The notes: generated from the sequence alone by a model not told the origin. Counted from the stretch's first letter, positions 31,773-42,492 are shown. The stretch: 64,000 bases of DNA from Cyanobacteria bacterium P01_D01_bin.156 (GCA_039024555.1 JBCCQQ010000020.1:23645-87644), one strand, 5' to 3'. Numbers and translations are program-made.

Positions 31773-32219
31773 CTATCCCAAGGTTTTTTTCAGGCCACGG
31801 ATATGGACAGCACGGCTGGTAATGTAGGCCATTTTCGGTTCTAAACGGATGTAGACCTTACCGGACAAGAGCCCCCTTACATTTTGGCGGGCATATACCA
31901 CTAGATCCGCAGGTAAACTGTCATCTTCTAGGGGGGTATACCCGAGCTCGGCAAGGGGCTGACTAATTTGATTGAGAAATACTTTATGCCCCTTAATCGG
32001 CTGCTTCAACGTGATTGACCGATTAAAGTAAAGCCCTAAAAAGCCCCCTACTACCCCCATAACTAAACCTAGCTGGTTAGGTACTGCGCTCATGGGGCTG
32101 AGATGGAGCACCAGACTGGCTAAAACAATGGTGATTAGCGTAGTGGTGCCAAAGTAGTACAAAAAGGTAAGAGAATTCTCAGGTCCTGGGCTGCTGGTAG
32201 TCATAGGAAAGTGATGCAT
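31773..32219 (-). CDS. Hypothetical membrane protein
   Basis: Two hydrophobic segments (FLYYFGTTTLI.., LGLVMGVVGGFLGLYFN); co-oriented with neighbouring genes. Confidence 0.7.
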   Translation of the reverse strand: MHHFPMTTSSPGPENSLTFLYYFGTTTLITIVLASLVLHLSPMSAVPNQLGLVMGVVGGFLGLYFNRSITLKQPIKGHKVFLNQISQPLAELGYTPLEDDSLPADLVVYARQNVRGLLSGKVYIRLEPKMAYITSRAVHIRGLKKTLG

Positions 32220-32608
32220 TGTATCTAATCGTTGCTGACTACAGATGTGAGTTTTTCTGCAGCATAAGGCTCAACCGTAACCTTTTCAGGTGGTTCAGGT
32301 CTTAACAGCTTATTTTTGGAGATATAAAGTCTCTTAATGTATTAGGATACTTGCGCGTTGGGTTAGCGTTCTAGCGCATTTACGGGTTTTGACATAATTA
32401 TTGCGCAACCCGACCGATGGTTCAGATGATTTTCTGTTGCTGATGTAAAGGACGAATCAATTTGTGAATCAGATGAAGCAATCCTGTGGCTTCCATAGAA
32501 GTATATCGATGTTGAGCATGCCCATAATTCTATGGCAGTCTTCTTGGAATTCAGTGGCAGAATGGTCAGGCAGAATTAACCGACCGATGACTATGGGACT
32601 GATAAACC

Positions 32609-33712
32609 ATGATTGAGGTAGATCAGCTAAGCAAAGCGTACGGTTCGACCCTAGCCATTAGGGATGTGTCTTTTAAGGTGGAACCTGGAGAAATTCTAGG
32701 TTTTCTGGGGCCTAATGGCGCTGGTAAAACCACAACCATGCGAATTTTGGCCGGGTATTTGCCAGCCACCAGCGGCACCGCACGGATCGCGGACCATGAG
32801 GTTCATACCGATTCCATGGCAGTGCGGCAAAATATTGGCTATTTGCCAGAGACACCGCCGCTTTACCCTGATATGACGGTAGAGGCGTTTCTATACTTTG
32901 TGGCGCGGATCAAGGGTGTACCCATTGGCGATCGCAACCAGCGCGTAGGCTCAGCCATGGAGCGCTGCAACCTAACCGAAAAGCGTACTATCCTGATTCG
33001 CAAGCTCTCCAAGGGATTTCGACAGCGGGTGGGCATTGCCCAAGCGATTGTCCACGATCCGCCGGTAATTATTTTGGACGAACCCACGGTGGGTCTGGAC
33101 CCAAAGCAGATTATTGACGTTCGTAACCTGATTAAAAGTCTGGCGGGGCAGCACACCATCATTCTTTCTACTCACATTCTGCCGGAGGTGAGCATGACCT
33201 GCGATCGCATCACCATTATTAACAAGGGTCGCATCGTCGCCACCGACACCCCCGAGAATCTCACAGCGCGATTGGCCGGTCAGCTAGGCTACGCCATTGA
33301 GGTGGCAGGCGAGCCGGAACAGACCTGCAATATTCTAAATGGTCTGGACCAGGTGGAATCCGTAACACCCCTGGTCAGCGAAGGCTTGGCGGAAAATCAT
33401 CATCGATTTCAGGTCGTATCCGCCACGGAGAACGATCCGGGGGGTGCGATCGCAGCAGCGATTATTAATGCTGAGCTGGGGCTATATGAACTGTCTCGCA
33501 ATCGAGTCAGTCTAGAGGATGTCTTTATTAACCTGACCACAGAAGAACCTGCCGCAGATGTTTCTCCTGAAACTGAGGACGATTCCACAGCCACCGTCAC
33601 AGCCGAAGCAGATACTGAGCCAACGAGCGCCGAATCAGAGAGTGCCGCAGACGCCAATTCTTCCTCAGAAGCAGCCCCCTCAGAAGACCCACAACCCAAA
33701 ACCGATGGATAG
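32609..33712 (+). CDS. ABC transporter ATP-binding protein (GldA-like)
   Basis: GPNGAGKTT, LSKGFRQR, ILDEPT; acidic low-complexity tail. Confidence 0.9.
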   Translation: MIEVDQLSKAYGSTLAIRDVSFKVEPGEILGFLGPNGAGKTTTMRILAGYLPATSGTARIADHEVHTDSMAVRQNIGYLPETPPLYPDMTVEAFLYFVARIKGVPIGDRNQRVGSAMERCNLTEKRTILIRKLSKGFRQRVGIAQAIVHDPPVIILDEPTVGLDPKQIIDVRNLIKSLAGQHTIILSTHILPEVSMTCDRITIINKGRIVATDTPENLTARLAGQLGYAIEVAGEPEQTCNILNGLDQVESVTPLVSEGLAENHHRFQVVSATENDPGGAIAAAIINAELGLYELSRNRVSLEDVFINLTTEEPAADVSPETEDDSTATVTAEADTEPTSAESESAADANSSSEAAPSEDPQPKTDG

Positions 33713-34514
33713 CATCATTACCGTTATCAGCAATATCGTTGCCATTTACCGCCGGGAACTTCAGAGCTACTTTGCATCGCCCCTGGCCTACGGCATTGCC
33801 ACCGTATTTTGGCTCCTGGCCAGCTTCTTACTAGTCATCCTGGTCTTTGGCCCCCAAGGATTGCTAGAACAGTCCGCCTTTGCCGACCAGGCCGGGTTAC
33901 AAAGTGCTCCCCTGGACTTGCCTTATGAATTTACCCAGTTTTATCTGGGGCTATTGGGCTCCCTGGCCATGTTTATCCTCCCCGCACTCTCAATGGGGCT
34001 GTATACCGATGAACGCAAACAGGGCACCCTCGAACTTTTGGCCACCTCACCCATCACCAACTGGGCAGTGGCTCTGGGTAAACTGCTCGGCGTGGTTACC
34101 TTTTTTCTCACCATGGTGCTGCCATTACTGGTATTAGAGTCCTTAATTGTTGGCGCGTCCGATCCACCCTTTGACCTCAAGCTGCTGTTTATTGGCCACC
34201 TGGGCTTAATTCTCATGGCAGCTGGTGTACTTTCTCTAGGAATGTTTATCTCCTCGCTCACAGAGAGCACGGTGCTGGCGGCTATTCTCACCTTTGCACT
34301 GGTGTTAGTGCTATTTGTACTAGAGGGTGTAGCAGGCGGTCTACCAGGTCCAGTAGGGGATGCCCTAGGCCATCTCTCTCTGCTCAAGCACTACAACAAC
34401 TTTACCCAAGGTGTGTTTGACATCAGTGGTCTAGTTTTGTTTCTTTCCTATGCGGCCCTGGGGTTGTTTTTAACTGCGCAATCCATCGAAGCGTTTAGAT
34501 TTCAGAGAAACTAG
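33705..34514 (+). CDS. ABC-2 permease (GldF-like)
   Basis: RRELQSYFASPLAY, ERKQGTLELL.TSP, LGK; ATG overlaps the end of the upstream gene. Confidence 0.9.
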   Translation: MDSIITVISNIVAIYRRELQSYFASPLAYGIATVFWLLASFLLVILVFGPQGLLEQSAFADQAGLQSAPLDLPYEFTQFYLGLLGSLAMFILPALSMGLYTDERKQGTLELLATSPITNWAVALGKLLGVVTFFLTMVLPLLVLESLIVGASDPPFDLKLLFIGHLGLILMAAGVLSLGMFISSLTESTVLAAILTFALVLVLFVLEGVAGGLPGPVGDALGHLSLLKHYNNFTQGVFDISGLVLFLSYAALGLFLTAQSIEAFRFQRN

Positions 34515-34581
34515 CTGGGTTTAACATGTCACATTTCACCCCATTTTCTCACTGTTACCATTTTTCTGTCTGCCCCACGTT

Positions 34582-36237
34582 ATGAAAGCGCTATCTACCT
34601 ATCGAACGTATCTTCGCTGGTTAATTTGGCCCGGTTTAGCGTTAATCACCGCAGGTCTAGTATCTGGATTTCTCAACGCTTGGACGGCTCTACCCATCTC
34701 TCTCCTAGCGGCAGGTGTGGTTTGCACCTTGCTCAGTCTAATTCTGGGAGGCTTTGGGTATCGAAGCTTTTGGCAAAGTCGCTCCACCCAGGCAGGCACC
34801 AACGCGGTAGTCGCCACCCTATCTGTCCTGATGATTCTTGGGGCGGCAAACTTTTTAGCCGTTGAGTACGGCCCTCGATTTGACTTAACCGAGGCGGGTC
34901 TGTTTACCCTAGCCCCTGAGACCCAGTCAGTGGTCAAAAATCTCAACCAGCCGGTCAATGTGGTGGTGTTTGATGCGTCTCTTAATCCCAATGACCAACA
35001 GCTTTTAGACAGCTATGGCAAGTTTAGTAACAACTTTACCTACGAGCACATCAATCCGTTTCAGGAACCAGGTATTGCGCGGGAGTTTAACGTCAGTGGA
35101 GAAGGTCGTGAAGTCCACCTAGAAACCGGTGACACCAAACTATTTGTTCAAACCTTGGGGGTACAGGGTGTGAACGAGCAGGATTTGACTAATAAGCTGG
35201 CCCAGCTCGGTCGGGAACGCAGCGCCGTTGTTTACTTCCTGCAAGGCCATGATGAGTTTGCCATTGATGGTAGCACCTCCGGCTATGCCCAGGCCGCTGC
35301 TGCCCTAGAAGCTGATGGATTTATCGTCGAGACCTTACGGTTTGATGAAACAGCCACGGTTCCAGACAATGCCAACGCCGTGGTGATTGCGGGACCTAAG
35401 CAAGCCTTCTTTGAACCGGAGGTGGACGCTCTAGAAGATTATCTAAACCAGGGCGGCAGCGTTTTACTGATGGTGGACCCTCAAACAGAGCCTGAACTAG
35501 AGGGCCTGTTAGACAACTGGGGCGTCACCCTAGATGAACGCCTGATTGTGGATGCTTCTAATACAGGGCAGTTGGTGGGGTTAGGTCCGGCAGCACCGCT
35601 GGTAACCAACTATGGCGAGCATCCCATCAGTGCAGAGTTTAATAACGGTCGGTCGTTTTATCCGTTGGCTCGACCGGTGCTGATCGACCCGATTGAGGGT
35701 GTAGAAGCAACGCCCCTGTTACTCAGCAATGCCCAAAGCTATGCCGAGGAGCTATCTGAAACGGGAGAACTTAACGTTAATACTGAAGATGGACCGGAAG
35801 GACCGTTTAATATCGGTGTTGTTCTCACCAAGGATATTACAGATTCTGCTGTTGAAATAACAGATTCGACAACAGAAGACTTATCTGATGAAGATACTAA
35901 TGAGGAAGACTCTTCTGAAACCAGTGAAGCGACTGATGATGATACAGAAGATGCCGATGGGCTTCAGCAAGAGGCCCGTCTAGTCATCATTGGTAACGCA
36001 ACATTTGCTACGGATGGTCTGTTTGGTCAACAATTAAATGGGGATGTATTCCTCAACAGTGTTACTTGGCTCAGCAACTTGGATGATTCTATTTTGTCGA
36101 TTCGAGCCAAAGAGATTACCAATCGTCGCATTAACATGACCATCTCTCGTCAGATTTTGGTCATTGTTTTAGCACTGGTGGTCTTGCCGCTGATCGGGCT
36201 GATTGGTGCAGGGGTAACTTGGTTCCGTCGTCGTTAG
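34582..36237 (+). CDS. GldG family ABC transporter auxiliary protein
   Basis: RFDLTE..FTLAPET, VYFLQGHDE, VIAGP, NGDVFLNSVTWL, C-terminal TM segment. Confidence 0.85.
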   Translation: MKALSTYRTYLRWLIWPGLALITAGLVSGFLNAWTALPISLLAAGVVCTLLSLILGGFGYRSFWQSRSTQAGTNAVVATLSVLMILGAANFLAVEYGPRFDLTEAGLFTLAPETQSVVKNLNQPVNVVVFDASLNPNDQQLLDSYGKFSNNFTYEHINPFQEPGIAREFNVSGEGREVHLETGDTKLFVQTLGVQGVNEQDLTNKLAQLGRERSAVVYFLQGHDEFAIDGSTSGYAQAAAALEADGFIVETLRFDETATVPDNANAVVIAGPKQAFFEPEVDALEDYLNQGGSVLLMVDPQTEPELEGLLDNWGVTLDERLIVDASNTGQLVGLGPAAPLVTNYGEHPISAEFNNGRSFYPLARPVLIDPIEGVEATPLLLSNAQSYAEELSETGELNVNTEDGPEGPFNIGVVLTKDITDSAVEITDSTTEDLSDEDTNEEDSSETSEATDDDTEDADGLQQEARLVIIGNATFATDGLFGQQLNGDVFLNSVTWLSNLDDSILSIRAKEITNRRINMTISRQILVIVLALVVLPLIGLIGAGVTWFRRR

Positions 36238-36250
36238 GGGAGCATAGACT

Positions 36251-36862
36251 ATGAGACTACAGCGGAGTACTGGGGTATTGTTGGGAGTTGCGATCGCACT
36301 CGTTGCCACCGTTGCCATCATCGAAACAACTAAGCAAAACCGTCCAGAAAAGGGCGACACGCTTTATTCATTTACGGAGGCGGATGTGGATGCGTTTACC
36401 ATCAACCGTACAGACACAACCCTCTCGTTTGAAAAAACAGATGATACCTGGCAAATGCTAGAACCTGAGGATGCACCTGCGGATCCCTCATCCATTGCCT
36501 TTTTGCTTAATATCATCACCACAGACCCCATTAAGGAAACGATTGTAGCTAGTGCAGAGCAGCTAGATGAGTATGGACTAGGCGATCCTAGGGCTACGGT
36601 TGATATATCTGTGGCGGATGAAAACTATACTCTGGCGTTAGGAGATGAGGACTTTAGCGGCACGTCATTGTATGTAATGACAACTGAAGCTACGGCGGAG
36701 TCTGAGTCTGGGGAACTGTATTTGATGCCTAAGGCACTACAGTCTGGGATTGGTCGTCGAATAGATGAGTGGATTGCCTCTGAAGACAGTGAAGAAACAG
36801 AGGGTAATGTAACTGAGGAATCATCAGAATCTGACACGCCTGCCAACAATGAGGACGAGTAA
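36251..36862 (+). CDS. DUF4340 domain protein
   Basis: N-terminal TM, WQM.EP..PAD, LDEYGL..P, LG..DF; usual last gene of Gld-type operons. Confidence 0.75.
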   Translation: MRLQRSTGVLLGVAIALVATVAIIETTKQNRPEKGDTLYSFTEADVDAFTINRTDTTLSFEKTDDTWQMLEPEDAPADPSSIAFLLNIITTDPIKETIVASAEQLDEYGLGDPRATVDISVADENYTLALGDEDFSGTSLYVMTTEATAESESGELYLMPKALQSGIGRRIDEWIASEDSEETEGNVTEESSESDTPANNEDE

Positions 36863-36913
36863 CTATTGTCTAACTGAGGCAAGCCTGTATTGAAGCTTGC
36901 ATAGGATGAATTA

Positions 36914-37318
36914 TTAGACTTGCCGCCAGTTTTCAGTCTGCATATCAGAGATCCGGCCAAATTCCCTTTGGTTTGCCGTCACCATAGTCAGACCGTGACA
37001 TAAAGCAGTAGCTGCAATCAGAATGTCATAGGCTCCGATGGGCTGTCCTTGTTTTTTCAAGGTTGAACGAATTTGAGCAGCTTGTTCAGCGTCTGCGTCG
37101 CTAAATTCCAATATTGATATCGAGTTTAGCAAACTGGTAATGGCTGGCTCAATTTTCTTAGCTCGTTGGGGGTTGTTGAGCAGGCCATAGCGAAGTTCCA
37201 TTACGGTGATCACCGAAACGGCAATATCTGCAGGAGATGTTTGTTTGAGTCGAGTTTGAGTACCTGGTTCACCTTTGATAAAGTCACTGATAACGCAGGT
37301 ATCGAGCAGATATTGCAT
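36914..37318 (-). CDS. vapC: PIN-domain toxin VapC
   Basis: YLLDTCVIS, EL.YG, GQPIGAYDILIAATAL, VTAN.REF. Confidence 0.95.
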   Translation of the reverse strand: MQYLLDTCVISDFIKGEPGTQTRLKQTSPADIAVSVITVMELRYGLLNNPQRAKKIEPAITSLLNSISILEFSDADAEQAAQIRSTLKKQGQPIGAYDILIAATALCHGLTMVTANQREFGRISDMQTENWRQV

Positions 37319-37554
37319 CAGAATAGGTCTGGTTCGCTTGGGGGCAAAAGTTCATCACGGTAGCTTTCGAAAGCTGGGAATTCAGGAATACCTTGATATG
37401 AAAGGATTGTGTCTGGCCATTGAGGAATCGATGGCTTTTGGGAGATTTGCCGCAGTACTTGCAGAATCAATGTGGGCAGTGGAATATTCGATTGTTCTGC
37501 TTGGCGCATAAGGTCTTGTTCTAAATCTGGGGGTAAGTCAATTGTGATTTGCAT
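37318..37554 (-). CDS. Putative antitoxin (VapB-like)
   Basis: 78 aa, RHH-like N-terminus MQITIDLPPDLE; stop overlaps the vapC start (TGATG). Confidence 0.75.
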   Translation of the reverse strand: MQITIDLPPDLEQDLMRQAEQSNIPLPTLILQVLRQISQKPSIPQWPDTILSYQGIPEFPAFESYRDELLPPSEPDLF

Positions 37555-37575
37555 TGGTACTCTCCATTGATTTGA

Positions 37576-40500
37576 TTATCTCAACGCTGTATTCAAAACA
37601 AACGAACGAACGTTGATGGCACTTGAGGTCAAGTCTTTAGCCTGCTGCTCAAAGTAGTGTTTTGCCTCACCGAGGTCCATTTTGGGCATATCTTTATGCC
37701 TTGAGTCTTCAGCATCCCATTGTGGACAAGCAAACCAGCCAACCAGATACAAACCATGGCTGTAGGCGTTATCTGCTAGATATCGCTCAACTAATTGAGT
37801 TTTCATCGCCGTTTTGACTTCACGGTGCCAGCAGCCTTTGACTTCAATAATCGCTGTGATTGAGTCATATATCTTGCCATTAGGATGCTTTACTATTGCA
37901 TCAACGTGGATATCTGTACGTGCTCCAGTGTTTTTCCCATAACTTCGCTTCACCTCAACTTCTCGGTTGATGATAATGCCCCGTGCCTTTAGATCCTCAT
38001 CCAGAAATTGCTTGATATAGTCTGACAAGTCGTTTTCATCGACTGGTCTAAAAAGATTGCTTTCAGATTTATCCCAAGACTTATCCCATAAAGCTCTAGT
38101 AGCGGGAGTCTCTCCTTGCAACTTTTCATCAAGACGTTGCAGGGATTCAATTAATACATCAACTAACTGATTCTCATTTTGAACAAGTCGTTTATTTTGA
38201 TCAGCAATTATTTGTAAAAGTTGTTGTGGTATTAAAGGCTGCCAGGTCTTACGTCGAGCAAGAGCCTCAGCTTCAGCTAACCTCCATTGGAGCTTTTCTT
38301 TTTGCTCAGGAAGCTCATTGATAATTCTCTGAAGTGCCTGACATGCTTCTACGGTACCCAACTGCTGAAGCTGTGCTGGAATACGCTCCTTCCACATACT
38401 CAAACTATTTTCTGGTGTGATTAACCAATCTGTCGAGTTTCGGACTGTTCCCTTGACATTAACCTGTTCTTGAGGCGGTGGATCAGGAAATTGCCTGACC
38501 ATGAATATATAGAGTTCAGCAATGTGATTTTCGCTAAGGCGTTGTTCCAGAGTGTCTTCAAGTCTCAGAGGGAAAGACACTGATTCAAGTATTTCCCTTC
38601 CGATGTCTGGATACGTTTGGATAAGTTGCCATACTGTAGGCCAAGTGGCATCACCTGTATATGTTATTAATGCTTGTGCTGCAGTTATAGCCTTTTCCTT
38701 ACTTCCATTATCGTCATTCAAACTATGAGTGAGTAATGATTCTGCAAAGGAAACAGCTCCATCAGATTGATACTCCAATAATATTGCCAATAAATCTTTC
38801 AAGCTTCTGGAAGTCAGCTCTGTATTGTTCAACTTACAAAGCAAGGTAGCTTCTAACTTCTCATCCCAGCAATATTTCAGTTCCTTTATATTGGTGATAT
38901 TCCCATTTTCTTTATTTGCTTTTTCAATCAAGTGGAAAAATATCCTAATGAATTCATTAGATGCGTATTGATACGTCTTTTTGATGAGTTCTTGCCTAGC
39001 TTTTCTATTTCTATCTAAAGGATAAGCAAGAATAATTCCTACCCATTTCGCCCAAATATGAGAAGAGATATTAGAGAAAAAGTCAGCATCTTTTTCTAAA
39101 ATTAACCGCAGTGCTTTGTAACTGCTTAATGCAGGATCTGGAAAAATATTTTTGCCTAACCAAACATTTGTCTCAGGGTCTCCATTATATATATAGTGCT
39201 TAGCTGCAGCGATTATTCTAAACCTTGTTGCTTCATCAGCCTCATTCCATCCTGGTTGCTCGGTCAAAGATGCTCTCCATGTTTGTCCATAAACTGTGTT
39301 AGGTAACAACGTGATTGCTCTGCACAAAAGCCACCAGCCATCTAAATTCCCTGCCTCAAATCTTTCTAGAGATTGAAGAACCCTAGCCTTAGGTGAAGGC
39401 TCTAATATGACCTGACTCTCTTGATTAGTTTCGTACTGCGTTCTCTTCAGGTATTGTTCCTTTTGCTCTTTAGCTATTTCAGAATCCAGTGCAATGGGGT
39501 CTATCCAGTGAGAGAGCACATCACGTAAAACTGGCACATCATCGCATGCAAGTATTACATTATCAACTTGCTCAACATTATTCATATCTAAATAGTAGGC
39601 TATTAATCTTGAATATATTTTTTGTGCTCCCTCATGAATATTTGTTTTAAGCTTTTCTATCAGCCAGCTAAAGTCTTTAGGCAGAAGATAAAACTGACTC
39701 CAGTTATTCCGACTACATAGCCACAACGGATCTTGTTCTGAGTCTTGAATGATTAAGACAATGCTTTCTAAAAGCAGACGACGTTTATCATCATTTCCTT
39801 CAATGCATTTCTTCCAGGTTTCTTCGTCATAATCATCTACTATCCCGATATATTGTTTCATCCTCGGCACAATCATCTGAGCAAAGCTCGTCCTAACATC
39901 TAAATCTGTTAGGTTTTCCCATGCTCTAAAAATCAACTGACTGATTAAATGAGTAAACGGATGATAGTTGTAGTCATGAATCACTTCCTGTCTGGCAAAC
40001 CACCTGAGAGTGAATGCTAGGTCCTTTTTCGGGAGGCGTTCTGTAAAATCATGTGCTAAAAAGTCTTGATAGGACTCTCCAAAATAGTTGGCTTTAGGTG
40101 GTGTCAAATGAACCAGAATTTCTTCTGTTTTTAGATATTTAGGGTACGTTGCTTTTAAGCCATATCCCTTCAAATGATCTTCTGGGTCATCCTGCTCGTG
40201 AATGACTAACTTAGCTAGGTGCTTGTGAGCCAAATCATTATCGGTATTAACTACAAATTTTGCAGCTCTTTCTCTAATTTGATAGGGTTGATTTTCATCT
40301 AAAGCGATCTTTGCCAGGTCTGACGCAATAGTCACCAAGTTACATTCTTCTGCTATGTCGATAGCTACATATTTAGACTGAATATTTTTTGATATGTCTG
40401 AAATGTATAAGCTCAACTGTTCCGGCAGCTCAGGGTAATTTAGTTGCTTATAGTGAGCAAAACTATTTTGGTAAATGAATTCTCCATTTTCTCGATATGC

Positions 40501-41808
40501 AGCTTTTCCAGCATTGTGTAATTTTAGAAAAGAATCCAATATTTCAGACTTAGTATCTCGATCAAAACTTGATAAATCACCTTTAATTAGAATATTTGCA
40601 TCTGTTTTGATGACTTTCTGGAGAAAGTCACTTCTCATGCTAGCTAGCCATTTTGCAACGTCTGCTAATTGAGGAACCACTCGACCCTCATTAAAGGTAA
40701 GACTTTCTAGCTGCGGTAGATCGAGATTATTTTTCGCTAAGTACCAAGCAGTCAAAAATTCTGCATAGGTTCTATGTGCCCAGCCTATTCGATAGAAGCT
40801 ATACCTGCTGAAAAGTCCTGTCTTTAGCACTTCTCTAATGGACTGTTCTTTAGCTTTCTCTGAAGTTAATTCTCGACAATCAGCATCTTGATTAGCGTTA
40901 TGTTCACCATATCGTCCAATCCATACTGCATCACGGTTGCACAACATGGTGGCTGTAGCGATCTGGGCGGCTACGATCAATCGATCATCTAATTCTAGAT
41001 TCCCACTAATTCCAGGACGATGGGGATGATTCGGGTCTTCATCGCACAGTGTACGACAACCTTGCAAATACAAATCCGTTAAAGTTTGATTCTCAGAGAA
41101 TTGCCTGCTTTCCTTATATACTCGAAAAAGGAACCTTAACGTAATTGGTTTTACAGCAAAAGGAGTCAGATTTTTACGCTCAACTTCAGATACAAACTTC
41201 TGAGATTCAATCCCTTCCTCAGTAGCGGCTCTTTCTATATCGATACGGCGGAGATGAGCAAGCTGATAAGCTGCATAATCCTGGCCATATAGTTCCTTAA
41301 GTCCTTCTTCCAGAGTTTGAGGAAAAACAGCGTCTCGGCAAGCTAAGCGGATATATAGTCGCTTCAGTTCTTTGCGATAAGTTCTAGCTTTTAAGATATC
41401 GACTAACTGTGTAGCTAAGGTTTTACTTTCAGCCAGTCCTTCGTCCAGGCTATCTAAAAATAAACAAAGGCGATGCTTACCTTTATGCCACGCAATGAAC
41501 TGCTCATTGTGAAGTAAGTCCTGCCGTAGATTTATACATGAACGCAGAGGAAACGGTAAGACATCATCAGTAAGACCTTCTCTATAGCGTTGTAGTAAAT
41601 TTATTTCATGAGACTTACCAATACCTGGTTCTCCAAGTAAAACCAGACACGGAATGTCGGCCAGCTTTTCTAGTTCAACCAGATCAGGGTTTGTATGTTT
41701 GCTCCATTCCGAGATTGGGTCAATCAGGTAGCCGCGATCGCAAACTTTAACTTGCGTCCCTTGAGGATACCAAAATCGATTCCAATCGTAGGTTTTAGGT
41801 TGCTGCAT
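37576..41808 (-). CDS. Large STAND/NACHT-like ATPase with C-terminal PD-(D/E)XK-like domain
   Basis: Walker A LLGEPGIGKS, Walker B LFLDSLDE, sensor-like LACR, KPITL, WAHRTYAEFLTA (winged-helix FxHxxxxEF/Y-like); C-terminal ENDLSD..REVEV..RTDIHV..IIEVKG. Confidence 0.75.
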   Translation of the reverse strand: MQQPKTYDWNRFWYPQGTQVKVCDRGYLIDPISEWSKHTNPDLVELEKLADIPCLVLLGEPGIGKSHEINLLQRYREGLTDDVLPFPLRSCINLRQDLLHNEQFIAWHKGKHRLCLFLDSLDEGLAESKTLATQLVDILKARTYRKELKRLYIRLACRDAVFPQTLEEGLKELYGQDYAAYQLAHLRRIDIERAATEEGIESQKFVSEVERKNLTPFAVKPITLRFLFRVYKESRQFSENQTLTDLYLQGCRTLCDEDPNHPHRPGISGNLELDDRLIVAAQIATATMLCNRDAVWIGRYGEHNANQDADCRELTSEKAKEQSIREVLKTGLFSRYSFYRIGWAHRTYAEFLTAWYLAKNNLDLPQLESLTFNEGRVVPQLADVAKWLASMRSDFLQKVIKTDANILIKGDLSSFDRDTKSEILDSFLKLHNAGKAAYRENGEFIYQNSFAHYKQLNYPELPEQLSLYISDISKNIQSKYVAIDIAEECNLVTIASDLAKIALDENQPYQIRERAAKFVVNTDNDLAHKHLAKLVIHEQDDPEDHLKGYGLKATYPKYLKTEEILVHLTPPKANYFGESYQDFLAHDFTERLPKKDLAFTLRWFARQEVIHDYNYHPFTHLISQLIFRAWENLTDLDVRTSFAQMIVPRMKQYIGIVDDYDEETWKKCIEGNDDKRRLLLESIVLIIQDSEQDPLWLCSRNNWSQFYLLPKDFSWLIEKLKTNIHEGAQKIYSRLIAYYLDMNNVEQVDNVILACDDVPVLRDVLSHWIDPIALDSEIAKEQKEQYLKRTQYETNQESQVILEPSPKARVLQSLERFEAGNLDGWWLLCRAITLLPNTVYGQTWRASLTEQPGWNEADEATRFRIIAAAKHYIYNGDPETNVWLGKNIFPDPALSSYKALRLILEKDADFFSNISSHIWAKWVGIILAYPLDRNRKARQELIKKTYQYASNEFIRIFFHLIEKANKENGNITNIKELKYCWDEKLEATLLCKLNNTELTSRSLKDLLAILLEYQSDGAVSFAESLLTHSLNDDNGSKEKAITAAQALITYTGDATWPTVWQLIQTYPDIGREILESVSFPLRLEDTLEQRLSENHIAELYIFMVRQFPDPPPQEQVNVKGTVRNSTDWLITPENSLSMWKERIPAQLQQLGTVEACQALQRIINELPEQKEKLQWRLAEAEALARRKTWQPLIPQQLLQIIADQNKRLVQNENQLVDVLIESLQRLDEKLQGETPATRALWDKSWDKSESNLFRPVDENDLSDYIKQFLDEDLKARGIIINREVEVKRSYGKNTGARTDIHVDAIVKHPNGKIYDSITAIIEVKGCWHREVKTAMKTQLVERYLADNAYSHGLYLVGWFACPQWDAEDSRHKDMPKMDLGEAKHYFEQQAKDLTSSAINVRSFVLNTALR

Positions 41809-41886
41809 GGTAAAAGGCTAACTAACCTGGGCCAAGGATAGCGCTGCCTAAAAGTTGGTCGCCACCCCCGATAAACTTCGCAGCCA

Positions 41887-42492
41887 CTAGCCGTACTCCA
41901 CCCTCACGTCTGCAGGAATTTCTGAAGGTTCTAAAACAACATCTTCATACAGATCAGTAAAGGTACCTGTGAAGTCAATACTCTTCAAATCAAAAATCTT
42001 ATTTTCTGAAGTATAGAATTGCAAAACCCATAGCCCAGAATCATTACGACGAAATATTTCCACTCTCTGATGTCGAGTGTTGATCAACACATATTCCTGT
42101 AAACTCTCTAATGCCTGATACGCAGCAAACTTATCTCCTCGGTCAAACGCTTCTGTTGATTTAGACAATACTTCAATCACTAATTTTGGAAACTTTTTAT
42201 ACGTATCCGTTTCCTGATCTCGTGGATCGCACGTTACCATCACATCAGGATAAAAAAAGCGATTCCGCGATTCCACCCGTGTCTTCATGTCAGACATATA
42301 GGCACGGCAGCCAGTACCTCGCACATGGGACCGTAATAAGCTTGCTAAGTTCAACGAAATAGTTACATGGCTATCACTAGCTCCGGCCATAGCGTAGACC
42401 TGGCCATCGATATACTCATGCTTGATGGGGCTTTCAGCTTCCAACCGTAGGTAATCATCAACGCTTAAGTACTGCTCAGATAAAGCGACCAT
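41887..42492 (-). CDS. Uma2 family (DUF820) endonuclease-fold protein
   Basis: KHEYIDG..AMAGAS..H, YPDVMV, IEVLS.ST..DRGDKF..Y..L.EYVLI. Confidence 0.95.
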   Translation of the reverse strand: MVALSEQYLSVDDYLRLEAESPIKHEYIDGQVYAMAGASDSHVTISLNLASLLRSHVRGTGCRAYMSDMKTRVESRNRFFYPDVMVTCDPRDQETDTYKKFPKLVIEVLSKSTEAFDRGDKFAAYQALESLQEYVLINTRHQRVEIFRRNDSGLWVLQFYTSENKIFDLKSIDFTGTFTDLYEDVVLEPSEIPADVRVEYG

